Shown here: one piece after another, positions 8,241 to 16,761 of the stretch | Layout of the letters: every line of letters starts with the position of its first letter | Numbering within the stretch: position 1 is the first letter of the stretch | Assembly: GCA_017470815.1 (NCBI GenBank) | Contig: JAFUXT010000030.1 | Span: forward strand, 24,561-88,560 | From: a bacterium | GTDB lineage: Bacteria; Cyanobacteriota; Vampirovibrionia; Gastranaerophilales; Gastranaerophilaceae | Length of the DNA stretch: 64,000 bases | Reading direction: 5' to 3' | Notes under the pieces: generated by a model | Told to the model about the DNA's origin: nothing | Seen by the model: only the letters and a program-made list of their open reading frames with translations | Database searches by the model: none | Position numbers and translations under genes: made by a program

Positions 8241-9227
8241 TTATTTTTGCTTTGAGGCGTCTCCTTTATTATTGCGGTAACCTATACCGGCTCTGTATCC
8301 TGATACGGAATATAAAAGCGGCAAAGACGGTTCTATCCACTTCAAACCGGATAAAAGTGAAATAGTTGCAATATCATCAGTATGAAGGCTTAAATCAAGG
8401 AGTTCCGGAGTTCTTACATCGGCTTTATTATCTTTTGATACAAGCGGATTAATAATTTTTTTGCTGATATAATTTGCAATAACACTCCCTCCAATAACAC
8501 CGGTTGTAAGAATTCCGCCAAGCATACCAAGACATCTTGCAGTCTTTGATTTTATATCAAATTTTTCTAAAATACCAAGAGCCGCACCTGCGCCTATGTT
8601 ACAAAGAAATATATTTGCAAGATACTGATAGATGCCTTCTTTTAATTTATTCGGAACTTTGTCTTTCCACTTTGACTCAGTAATCTTATCGCCGATTATG
8701 CCTCCTGCAATACCACCTGCAACAGGAACAGCACCATAAATTGAAAGCCAGCCGATTTCTCTGAAAATATCTTTTGAACTGATATTATCAGGAGGAGGAA
8801 TTAATTTATTCGCAATTTGAGAATGTTTTTCGTCCTTGAATAATTCTTTAACTTCTTTAAGAGATAAAACATTTTTCTTAGCCTTTTGAAGAATATTTTT
8901 TAGATTCTCATTTACTTCATTATTTTTTATGTATTCATCAACTATTTCGGTATTGTATTTTTTTATTTGAGAAAGCGTTTTTGTTGCGGTTCTGCCCGTA
9001 ATATAAGCGGCAATTTTTGGAGCCATGACGGCAGAAATTGCTGTTGCCGTAAGTGTTGCGCCAATTTTTAGGGCATTTTTTTTGCGTTCATCTTTTGGTG
9101 AATTTTTTACCGTATCCGCAAACACTGCACCAGCACCTAATGTTAACATAGCAGGCACATTTTTGTTAATCTTTGCGGTTAATAACGGCTGATCTAAATA
9201 TTTTCCTATTGCACTAATTTGGGGCAT
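8241..9227 (-). CDS. Hypothetical polytopic membrane protein with glycine-zipper-like helices
   Basis: Long ORF with several hydrophobic G/A-rich helices (GAVPVAGGIAGGIIGD, GMLGGILTTGVIGGSVIA). Its ATG overlaps the stop of the upstream regulator gene (TAATG at 9225-9229). Confidence 0.6.
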   Translation of the reverse strand: MPQISAIGKYLDQPLLTAKINKNVPAMLTLGAGAVFADTVKNSPKDERKKNALKIGATLTATAISAVMAPKIAAYITGRTATKTLSQIKKYNTEIVDEYIKNNEVNENLKNILQKAKKNVLSLKEVKELFKDEKHSQIANKLIPPPDNISSKDIFREIGWLSIYGAVPVAGGIAGGIIGDKITESKWKDKVPNKLKEGIYQYLANIFLCNIGAGAALGILEKFDIKSKTARCLGMLGGILTTGVIGGSVIANYISKKIINPLVSKDNKADVRTPELLDLSLHTDDIATISLLSGLKWIEPSLPLLYSVSGYRAGIGYRNNKGDASKQK

Positions 9228-9649
9228 TATTTTTCACTTTCTTCTATGTATAAATCTAAAATCTTTTTATGAGTTTTAAAAAATTTGGTAAATGTTTCCA
9301 TTTTATTTAATATATTTTCAGAAACTATATGCTCTATTTTACAGGCATTTTCACTTGCTTCGTCAGGTTTTACATTCAAAACAGTCTCAAAAAAATCCTT
9401 TAGAGCATGGTGTTTTGCATAAACTTTTTTTGCCTCTGCGACACCCTTTTTAGTCAGCAAAATAGTTTTATATGCACTATATTGAACCAAATTTTTTGAA
9501 ATGAGCCGTGACAAGGCTTCTGAAACAGAAGCACGGGATATATTTAATTTTCTTGCCAAATCGACAGCCTTTAAATCTTCACCGTTTTCAGTTGTAACAT
9601 AGATTGTTTCAATATAATCCTGTAATCCTGATGATAATGAGTTCGTCAC
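9227..9649 (-). CDS. DtxR/MntR-family metal-dependent transcriptional regulator
   Basis: GTG start at 9649 with GAGGAG 8 nt upstream. N-terminal DYIETIY and HTH LARKLNISRASVSEALSRL are typical of DtxR/MntR. 140 aa. Confidence 0.75.
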   Translation of the reverse strand: MTNSLSSGLQDYIETIYVTTENGEDLKAVDLARKLNISRASVSEALSRLISKNLVQYSAYKTILLTKKGVAEAKKVYAKHHALKDFFETVLNVKPDEASENACKIEHIVSENILNKMETFTKFFKTHKKILDLYIEESEK

Positions 9650-9727
9650 TTTTCATTCTCCTCAGTCAAAATTGTAAGGCAAACCTAACAAAATGTCAAT
9701 AAAATATTTTCAATTATTGAAAACTAT

Positions 9728-10432
9728 TTAACAAAGTTTTGCAATTTTTAAACTAAAAATTTCTTCAACATTAAGCCTGTTCAGAATATCAGCAATTAAT
9801 GTCTGCGGGGAAATGTTGTCAAAATTTTCATAGTGCGGTAAAGTGCCTAAAATTTTCGCTCCCGTATATTCCTTTACCAATTGCGGATAATATTTAATTT
9901 CCAAATTCTGACTATTATCATCATAGTCATTTATAACTATACCCATAAGGGTAACGTGTTTTGAATGAATATAATTTACTGCTCCGATAACTTCATCAAT
10001 AGAATTGATATTGGGATTTACAACGAGTATAACAGGCAAATTAAAATGTTCTATCAGATTAGTTTCGGTTTTCTTCTCATCATAGGGAGAAGTTATACCA
10101 TTATTACCCTCAACAATATGACACTCTGTAAGCATAATATTTTGCTTGTAATCATGCATAATTTTCATTGTATCTATTTGTTTTATCCCTTCAAGATAAG
10201 ATGCTATGAGCGGATTAGAACTGCTTTGGAGTTTATATGTAGCGGATGTTTTAATATGTCTGTCAATACGATTTACAAAGTCAGTATCATCATTAAGTAA
10301 ATTTGCACCTGTCTGAATCGGTTTATAATAACTCACAGCATAATTAAGACTTTGCATAGTACCTGCAAGTCCGGCACATAAAAGTGTTTTACCCGTTCCT
10401 TTCTTTATTCCGGCAACATACACGCTTAACAT
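9728..10432 (-). CDS. bioD: Dethiobiotin synthase-like ATPase
   Basis: P-loop GTGKT, YKPIQTG, VEGNNGITSP and LPVILVV blocks are colinear with E. coli BioD (GTDTEVGKT, YKPVASG, VEGAGGW, LPVILVV). Confidence 0.6.
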   Translation of the reverse strand: MLSVYVAGIKKGTGKTLLCAGLAGTMQSLNYAVSYYKPIQTGANLLNDDTDFVNRIDRHIKTSATYKLQSSSNPLIASYLEGIKQIDTMKIMHDYKQNIMLTECHIVEGNNGITSPYDEKKTETNLIEHFNLPVILVVNPNINSIDEVIGAVNYIHSKHVTLMGIVINDYDDNSQNLEIKYYPQLVKEYTGAKILGTLPHYENFDNISPQTLIADILNRLNVEEIFSLKIAKLC

Positions 10433-10444
10433 AGCAACATAATA

Positions 10445-11317
10445 TCACGACTTATTATTGATTGCAAAGTAAACTTCTTTTAAGCGCTTTTTGGTTATAT
10501 GAGTATAAAGTTGGGTTGTTGATACATCACTATGCCCCAAAAGTTCCTGAACAATTCTCAAATCAGCACCATTTTCAAGAAGATGTGTTGCAAAAGTATG
10601 ACGCAATGTGTGCGGAGAAATGTGTTTGTGAATTTTTTCACCGAGTTTACGCACAAAATTATATACATCCTGTCTTGTAATAAAACGTCCGCTGTCATTT
10701 ATTAAAAGCCGCTTGGAGTTAAGATTATATTTTGCTAAAATAATCTCTCTTTCTTTATAATATTTATTAAAAGATTCTTTTGCTTTTTTACCAAACGGAA
10801 CAAGTCTTTCTTTTGAACCTTTCCCAAAACACTGAATATATCTTGACTTCAAATCAATATCACTTGTTTTCAAATTAACAAGTTCTGAAACTCTCAAACC
10901 ACAATCATAAAGAAGTTCAACTATCAAATTTTCTCTTGAATTCAGATTGGAATGAAAAACTTCTTTTATCTCCTGCAATGTCATAACCTTAGGCAGCCTT
11001 TTAGGTAATTTGGGTTGTTCAATGGCTAATGCCGGATTATGCGGAATATAAGAATTTGCACAAAGCCACTTGAAAAAGCCCCTTAAAGATGCAATTTTAC
11101 GAACAACCGAACGAGGGTTCAGACTATCTTGTCTTAAATTCAAAATATACGAATTGAGATGATTTCTTGTAATATATTCAACACCGAGAATACCTTTATT
11201 TGTGCAAAAGTCAAGAAAACCGCTCAAATCTCTGCGGTAGGCATTGATTGTGTTTTCACTCAATCCTTTTTCCACTTCAATAAATTCAAGATATTCACTT
11301 AAATATTGTATGTCCAT
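10445..11317 (-). CDS. Tyrosine recombinase, XerC/XerD family
   Basis: C-terminal catalytic box HTLRHTFATHLLENGADLRIVQELLGHSDVSTTQLYTH. N-terminal SAM-like core-binding domain. 290 aa. Confidence 0.85.
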   Translation of the reverse strand: MDIQYLSEYLEFIEVEKGLSENTINAYRRDLSGFLDFCTNKGILGVEYITRNHLNSYILNLRQDSLNPRSVVRKIASLRGFFKWLCANSYIPHNPALAIEQPKLPKRLPKVMTLQEIKEVFHSNLNSRENLIVELLYDCGLRVSELVNLKTSDIDLKSRYIQCFGKGSKERLVPFGKKAKESFNKYYKEREIILAKYNLNSKRLLINDSGRFITRQDVYNFVRKLGEKIHKHISPHTLRHTFATHLLENGADLRIVQELLGHSDVSTTQLYTHITKKRLKEVYFAINNKS

Positions 11318-11319
11318 TA

Positions 11320-12345
11320 TTAAATCTTATCAGCCATATTTGCAAGTTTGTACAGAAAATCGTCTTTTGTGCTGTTTTTAAAACCTTCAGGTATAAAGTT
11401 ACGCTTAAATCTTTCTATCGCATAACGGTCAGTCATACCTGAAATATAGTCAACAACCACTCTTTGTGCTTTATCCGGCGGACAAATATCTTTTACCATG
11501 TCCATATACAGATAATACAATTCTTTTACTACATGCCTTGCTTTACTTTCTTCAAGTTTTGCAGGCGATTCTATATAAACATTTTCAAACATCCAACTGC
11601 GCAGTTTTGTTGTATATTCCCAGCCTTCTTCACTCATTGATACATCAGGTTTTCCTACGGAATTATAAACTATTTCAGTTATCATTTTATTCAATCTTTC
11701 ACTTGGATTTGAGGAAAAATATTCAATGCAGTCCTTGGGTAAATCACTTTCCGATATAACTCCCGCTCTTATTGAATCTTCAATGTCGTGATTTATATAT
11801 GCAATTTTATCCGCAAGTTGAACGGCTTTTGCTTCAAGTGTCAGAGGTTTGAAGCCCCAACTGTGAGTTCTTATGCCATCTATTGTTTCCTGACACAAAT
11901 TCAGATTTTCCAAAACTTCTACAACCCTCACACTTTGGAGGTTATGATAAAAACCACCTTCAACAAGTTCATTTAAAACGCCCTCGCCACAATGCCCAAA
12001 CGGAGTATGTCCCAAATCGTGACCAAGTGCAATTGCTTCTGTTAAATCTTCATTCAAATTTAGAGAGCGAGCAAGAGTTCTTGCAATTTGAGAAACTTCA
12101 AGAGTATGGGTTAAACGAGTTCTGAAATGGTCATCAAAGGGAGATAAAAACACTTGAGTTTTGTGCTTCAACCGCCTGAAAGCTTTTGAATGTAAAATCC
12201 TGTCCCTGTCACGCTGAAAATCAGTACGGAGTTCATCCTTTTGCTCAAACTCTTTTCGTCCTTTTGACTGCGAAACCTTTGTAGCATAAGGACTTAAAAA
12301 TTCGTGTTCTCTTTTTTCCAATTGCTCTCTTATATTTTCTGACAT
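11320..12345 (-). CDS. dgt: dGTP triphosphohydrolase-like HD-domain protein
   Basis: FQRDRDRILHSKAFRRLKHKTQVF, RLTHTLEVSQIAR and GHDLGHTPFGH are hallmarks of the dGTPase family. Confidence 0.8.
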   Translation of the reverse strand: MSENIREQLEKREHEFLSPYATKVSQSKGRKEFEQKDELRTDFQRDRDRILHSKAFRRLKHKTQVFLSPFDDHFRTRLTHTLEVSQIARTLARSLNLNEDLTEAIALGHDLGHTPFGHCGEGVLNELVEGGFYHNLQSVRVVEVLENLNLCQETIDGIRTHSWGFKPLTLEAKAVQLADKIAYINHDIEDSIRAGVISESDLPKDCIEYFSSNPSERLNKMITEIVYNSVGKPDVSMSEEGWEYTTKLRSWMFENVYIESPAKLEESKARHVVKELYYLYMDMVKDICPPDKAQRVVVDYISGMTDRYAIERFKRNFIPEGFKNSTKDDFLYKLANMADKI

Positions 12346-12410
12346 AAAAACCTCACTTTACTACATTTTAAAGTAATAAATCGGGTTTGTTATCATGTCT
12401 TTAATGTATT

Positions 12411-14117
12411 TTAGGCATTATGCGAGGATTTATCCAACGGTTCAATAAATTTACCGGTATTTTTTAAGTGTTTTTCATATAAATTATTTGCAAAAGTTCC
12501 TATTCTGTTTGCCAAAAACGAGGATATTGTTGCAAACATAAGTGATTTTGAACCCGCAAAAAGCCTTGCATTTCCGTATAATGAAACACCTATACCGACA
12601 AGGGCAGGTATTCCGTATTTTAAAGTAATGGCAGTTCGTTCCTGTGCATTGTCAGATTTCCCAAGATAATATGCAAGTGTTCCAAAACCTCCCAACACAG
12701 TCAAAATATCAGTAGGCGCACTGCCCATTGTCAAATCTCTCGATTTGTTAATAAAATCTTCTGTTTCAAGTTTTATTGATTTGTTTAGTGATTTTACGGC
12801 ATTGTTAAATTCTTTTTCAATTTTTACATATTGCTCCTTTGGTAGTAAAACCTTATATACCTCTAAAATATCTTCAATTTTGCCTTGTTTGTAGTCCAAA
12901 TACAACGATTTAAGATTTTGTACCATTTTTAAAACATCAGCATTTAACATCACGGATGATTTATTAGATATCTTATATTCCATTACGGCCAAATCTTCTG
13001 TCATTTTACGAATATCTATTTTTCCTGTTTTGGAAAATGATTTAAACGCTTCACGCACCTTATTCAATGATTCCAATGCATCTTTATCAGTTGCTTTCAG
13101 CGTAGATGAAATTTTCATTATTATTTCATCTGCATCATTATATAGAGCATGCGGAGAATAAGAAATTTCCTTTTTAGTATCAAGAATCTGCTTCTGAATT
13201 TCAAGTTTTTTAGGAAGTATCTCGGCTTCTGCAACAAAGTCCTTTAAAGTATCTTTTGATAGAAACCACAATGGTCCCTTTTCTTCAAAACTTTGTTCAA
13301 GTTCTTTTGTAATTTTTTTGATATTCAGATACCTTGCTTTTCTGACACCTTCGTTAAAATTTTCTTTTATAAGCATATCCGTTTCATTATTGCGTCTTTT
13401 TAAAAATTCAACCAATTCTTTTTTGGTAATTGTTCCTCCATACATATTTACTGTTTCTGATAAATCAGTATTTTTTTCGAGGTCTGCAATTATAGATGAG
13501 TTTGTTTGAGAAAGATTATTAAATTTTGATATGGAATTCTTATAAGATTTTGCAACCGTTTTTAAGCCTAACTTTTCAAACATATTGGTTATGCCATTGT
13601 GAATTTTTCTTGTATATTTCCAATTCCGGTTTCCCCCATACATCAATTTTTTAAAGGTAAAATCTTTTATTGTAGTGAAATTATTTATTGCCTGCGCTTT
13701 GTTTAATAAATAATCCGCTTTGCCTAAAAGATATTCATAACCTGATGCCCTTACACCTGATAATTTTGATTTTTGGGCTTTACGTTCAAGAAAATCTCTC
13801 AAAGACCGAAAACCCTTTGCAACTCCTTTAGGGCCGCCTCTTAAAACAAAAAATATACCGGCGGCGGCAAGAACAGTAGCACTTGCAATTGATAAACCGA
13901 TAATTTTCAGGTTGTTTGTTTTTCTCGCTTCTTCAGGATTTAAAATTATTGTTTCAGGCAAGATTGAGCCAAGTGTATTTGTAATGTTATTATTTGGCTG
14001 TGGATTTTTTTCAAGCCAAAAATCCGTAACAGAATTACGGTTTGAAACATTGCCAAAGGGATTATTCTTTGGCGGAATTGTACCATTTATTGAGTTTATC
14101 ATAACACTTGCCTTCAT
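12411..14117 (-). CDS. Hypothetical membrane protein: N-terminal tail, TM, long K/E-rich helical region, C-terminal TM cluster
   Basis: 568-aa ORF in an AT-rich genome. TM at LSIASATVLAAAGIFFVL and C-terminal hydrophobic helices. No family recognised. Confidence 0.6.
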   Translation of the reverse strand: MKASVMINSINGTIPPKNNPFGNVSNRNSVTDFWLEKNPQPNNNITNTLGSILPETIILNPEEARKTNNLKIIGLSIASATVLAAAGIFFVLRGGPKGVAKGFRSLRDFLERKAQKSKLSGVRASGYEYLLGKADYLLNKAQAINNFTTIKDFTFKKLMYGGNRNWKYTRKIHNGITNMFEKLGLKTVAKSYKNSISKFNNLSQTNSSIIADLEKNTDLSETVNMYGGTITKKELVEFLKRRNNETDMLIKENFNEGVRKARYLNIKKITKELEQSFEEKGPLWFLSKDTLKDFVAEAEILPKKLEIQKQILDTKKEISYSPHALYNDADEIIMKISSTLKATDKDALESLNKVREAFKSFSKTGKIDIRKMTEDLAVMEYKISNKSSVMLNADVLKMVQNLKSLYLDYKQGKIEDILEVYKVLLPKEQYVKIEKEFNNAVKSLNKSIKLETEDFINKSRDLTMGSAPTDILTVLGGFGTLAYYLGKSDNAQERTAITLKYGIPALVGIGVSLYGNARLFAGSKSLMFATISSFLANRIGTFANNLYEKHLKNTGKFIEPLDKSSHNA

Positions 14118-14176
14118 TTATAATAAAACGAAAACAATGAATATTTTGCCTCGGATTTAGATATAGTAAAGATATA

Positions 14177-15304
14177 TTAAGGTAATAGTTCTCTGTCAAT
14201 AACTTTTGCCGCTTCAAGTGCAGAGTTTTTGTCAGATAATAATTTGCCAACATTAGACAACTCGCTGACCATAATCAGTCGCTTTGTACTGTCATACAGG
14301 ATATCCTCAATCTTTTGAGTAATAAGTTCGGGCTTTGCATCCTTTACAATAAGCTCAGGTAAAATAAATTTATTGGCAATAATATTTGGCAATGATACCT
14401 TATCAATACATCTGACAAGTAAATAAATCCAATAGAAAAATCTCGGAGCGTTATAAGCAATTACCATTGGAGTTTTGTATAAACAAGCCTCTAATGCAAC
14501 CGTACCTGATGCCAAAATAAGCGCATCTGAAACACTTAAAAGCGCCTGATTATCGCCTTTTATAACCTTCAAATCACAGTCACCCAAATATTTATCAAAC
14601 ACTGCATCAGATATATTTGGAGCCTGAGAAATACATATTTGAATATCAGGATGTTTCTTTTGTAAAATTTCGACAGACTTTTTAAATATTTTCATAAGAT
14701 ACTTTAATTCAAAAACTCTTGAACCCGGAAAGACAGAAACAAGTTTCTTATTCATATCAAGGTTATATTTTTCGTAAAAACCTTTTTTATACGCAGGAGG
14801 ATTTAGCCCGTACACAAGCGGATGTCCGCAATAATGAACATCAATACCGTAACTTTTGTATAGCGGTTCTTCAAACGGGAAAATACAAAGTACCTTATCA
14901 ACATATTTTTTGATTTTTTTAATCCTGTATTGCCTGCTTGCCCAAACCTGAGGGGGTATATAATAAAATATTTTTATCCCAGCTTCTTTTAAATATTTTG
15001 CTATTGAAAGATTAAAACCGCCATAATCTACAAGCAAAACTAAATCAGGCTTAAAAGTTTCTTTAAGATACTTTACAAGTTTTCTGCCGATATTTAAGTG
15101 ATGCCAGATAATTTGAGGCGAAAGCCCAACCGCAGACAAATTGCGAATATGCTCAAAAAGTTTAACCCCATGAGCACGCATATTGTCTCCGCCAATCCCC
15201 TCAATTACATAGTCTTTGCTTATCTGGCGAAGCATTTTGACTACATTTGCAGCATGCATTTCACCTGAATATTCACCTGTAACTATAAAAATTTTCTTTT
15301 TCAT
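14177..15304 (-). CDS. lpxB: Lipid-A-disaccharide synthase
   Basis: Colinear with E. coli LpxB: GEYSGEMHAANV (GETSGDILGA), VDYGGFNL, YYIPPQVWASRQYR (YVSPSVWAWRQKR), FPGSR, ASGTVALEA. Confidence 0.88.
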   Translation of the reverse strand: MKKKIFIVTGEYSGEMHAANVVKMLRQISKDYVIEGIGGDNMRAHGVKLFEHIRNLSAVGLSPQIIWHHLNIGRKLVKYLKETFKPDLVLLVDYGGFNLSIAKYLKEAGIKIFYYIPPQVWASRQYRIKKIKKYVDKVLCIFPFEEPLYKSYGIDVHYCGHPLVYGLNPPAYKKGFYEKYNLDMNKKLVSVFPGSRVFELKYLMKIFKKSVEILQKKHPDIQICISQAPNISDAVFDKYLGDCDLKVIKGDNQALLSVSDALILASGTVALEACLYKTPMVIAYNAPRFFYWIYLLVRCIDKVSLPNIIANKFILPELIVKDAKPELITQKIEDILYDSTKRLIMVSELSNVGKLLSDKNSALEAAKVIDRELLP

Positions 15305-16119
15305 TATACCGCCATCACTACTATGTTATGTTTATTTGCATATTCTATAACTTTTTCCTGATCTACAATAATTGTTTCATTTGCCTCGACCGCAATTAAA
15401 GAAGCCTTTTTTCTGCTCATACCTTTAAGAGTCCTCATACCAATAGCCGGAATATCAAATCTTTTGTCCTGTTTTGGTTTAGAAACCTTTACAACAACCG
15501 CACCGGACTTTGCAAGTTTTGCCCCTCTTTTTATACAGGCATCAGTACCTTCAAGTGCTTCAACTGCCATAATCATTTTATCTTTAATTACAACAGACTG
15601 TCCGACATCCAATCGTCCCATTTCCTTTGCTAACCAAAAACCGTAATTTACATCGTCCATCTGCTCTTTAGTAGGTTTAACTTTACCCAAAACTCCGGCA
15701 GGAATCATTAAATTTTTGATAAATATGGTTTGATCCAGAACTTCAACACCGATTTTTTGCAGTTCATCTACTATCATAAGCATAACCTGATCATCATTTA
15801 AGCGTACTGCAGCCTTTATAAATTCAACCGCCCTTTTATCAAACTTATTTAACTGTAACAAAACTTTTTTATGAACTTTCCCCAAAAATGTAAGTTGCTT
15901 TATTTCCTCATCTTTTAAAATATTTTCAATTCTGTCAACTTCTCCGGGGTGGCAAGAATAAATTTTTGAACAATATTTTTTTAACTCGGAATAATTATCC
16001 TTAGCAAGCGAAATACAAACGACTTCAAAACCGTTTTCTTTTGCATGTTGAACCATCCTGATAGGCAAAATACCGTCACCTGCTATTAATCCCTGCTTAT
16101 TTTCTAATGTAATACTCAC
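15304..16119 (-). CDS. lpxI: UDP-2,3-diacylglucosamine pyrophosphatase LpxI family (DUF1009)
   Basis: GTG start at 16119. N-terminal GLIAGDGILPIRMVQHAKENG and C-terminal FDIPAIGMRT are typical of LpxI. The stop overlaps the lpxB ATG (TAATG). Confidence 0.75.
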   Translation of the reverse strand: MSITLENKQGLIAGDGILPIRMVQHAKENGFEVVCISLAKDNYSELKKYCSKIYSCHPGEVDRIENILKDEEIKQLTFLGKVHKKVLLQLNKFDKRAVEFIKAAVRLNDDQVMLMIVDELQKIGVEVLDQTIFIKNLMIPAGVLGKVKPTKEQMDDVNYGFWLAKEMGRLDVGQSVVIKDKMIMAVEALEGTDACIKRGAKLAKSGAVVVKVSKPKQDKRFDIPAIGMRTLKGMSRKKASLIAVEANETIIVDQEKVIEYANKHNIVVMAV

Positions 16120-16140
16120 TTTATATTTCCTTTTTATAAC

Positions 16141-16761
16141 TTAATTTTTTAACGAATAAATATCTTTTACCTGTTCTTCTGATAACATTTTAGCACCTCC
16201 AAGAATTTTTGAAAGTAACAATGTTTGCGCATAAGTTTCACATAATTCAATATTCAGATATGCTTCCTTTAAATCTCTCCCGCCTGCGATTGCACCATGA
16301 TTCTGCATCAGAACGACACTATATTTATCAAAGTATTTTGCTGTTTCTTGTGCTAACAATTTTGACCCCGGAATTGCATAAGATGCAAGCGGAATTTCAT
16401 CAAACATAAAAACAATTTCAGGTAAAACCTTATCTTTTATAGGCATACCACACGAAGCAAAAGATGTAAGATAAGGACTGTGAAAGTGACAAATAGCATT
16501 AATATCCTGACGTTTTTTGTAAAACTCTATATGAACAAACTTTTCGCTTGATGCCTTTCTTGTACCTTCAATCAAATTCCCGTCAAAATCAATTACGCAT
16601 ATATCATCCCTCGTTAGAAAGGAGTTGGCACTGCCTGATGATGTGATAACAATCTTATCATTACATCTGACAGAAATATTCCCTGAAATTCCTGGAGTAA
16701 GATTTCTGTCTCCGGCGATTTTGCCATACTTAATTATTTCATCTTTTATTTCTTCAAACAC
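16141..16761 (-). CDS. Class II aldolase/adducin-domain protein
   Basis: GNISVR, HFHSPY and MQNHGAIAGG motifs of the fuculose-phosphate aldolase / MTRu-1-P dehydratase fold. The GTG start overlaps the upstream stop by 1 nt. Confidence 0.75.
   Translation of the reverse strand: MFEEIKDEIIKYGKIAGDRNLTPGISGNISVRCNDKIVITSSGSANSFLTRDDICVIDFDGNLIEGTRKASSEKFVHIEFYKKRQDINAICHFHSPYLTSFASCGMPIKDKVLPEIVFMFDEIPLASYAIPGSKLLAQETAKYFDKYSVVLMQNHGAIAGGRDLKEAYLNIELCETYAQTLLLSKILGGAKMLSEEQVKDIYSLKN

Noticed and set aside
10445-11317. I considered whether the tyrosine recombinase marks an integrated mobile element.
   Set aside because: It has the XerC/XerD-type sequence and size. Its flanks are housekeeping genes (bioD-like, dgt-like) in tight same-strand arrangement. 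I saw no flanking direct repeats, tRNA target or phage or plasmid genes.
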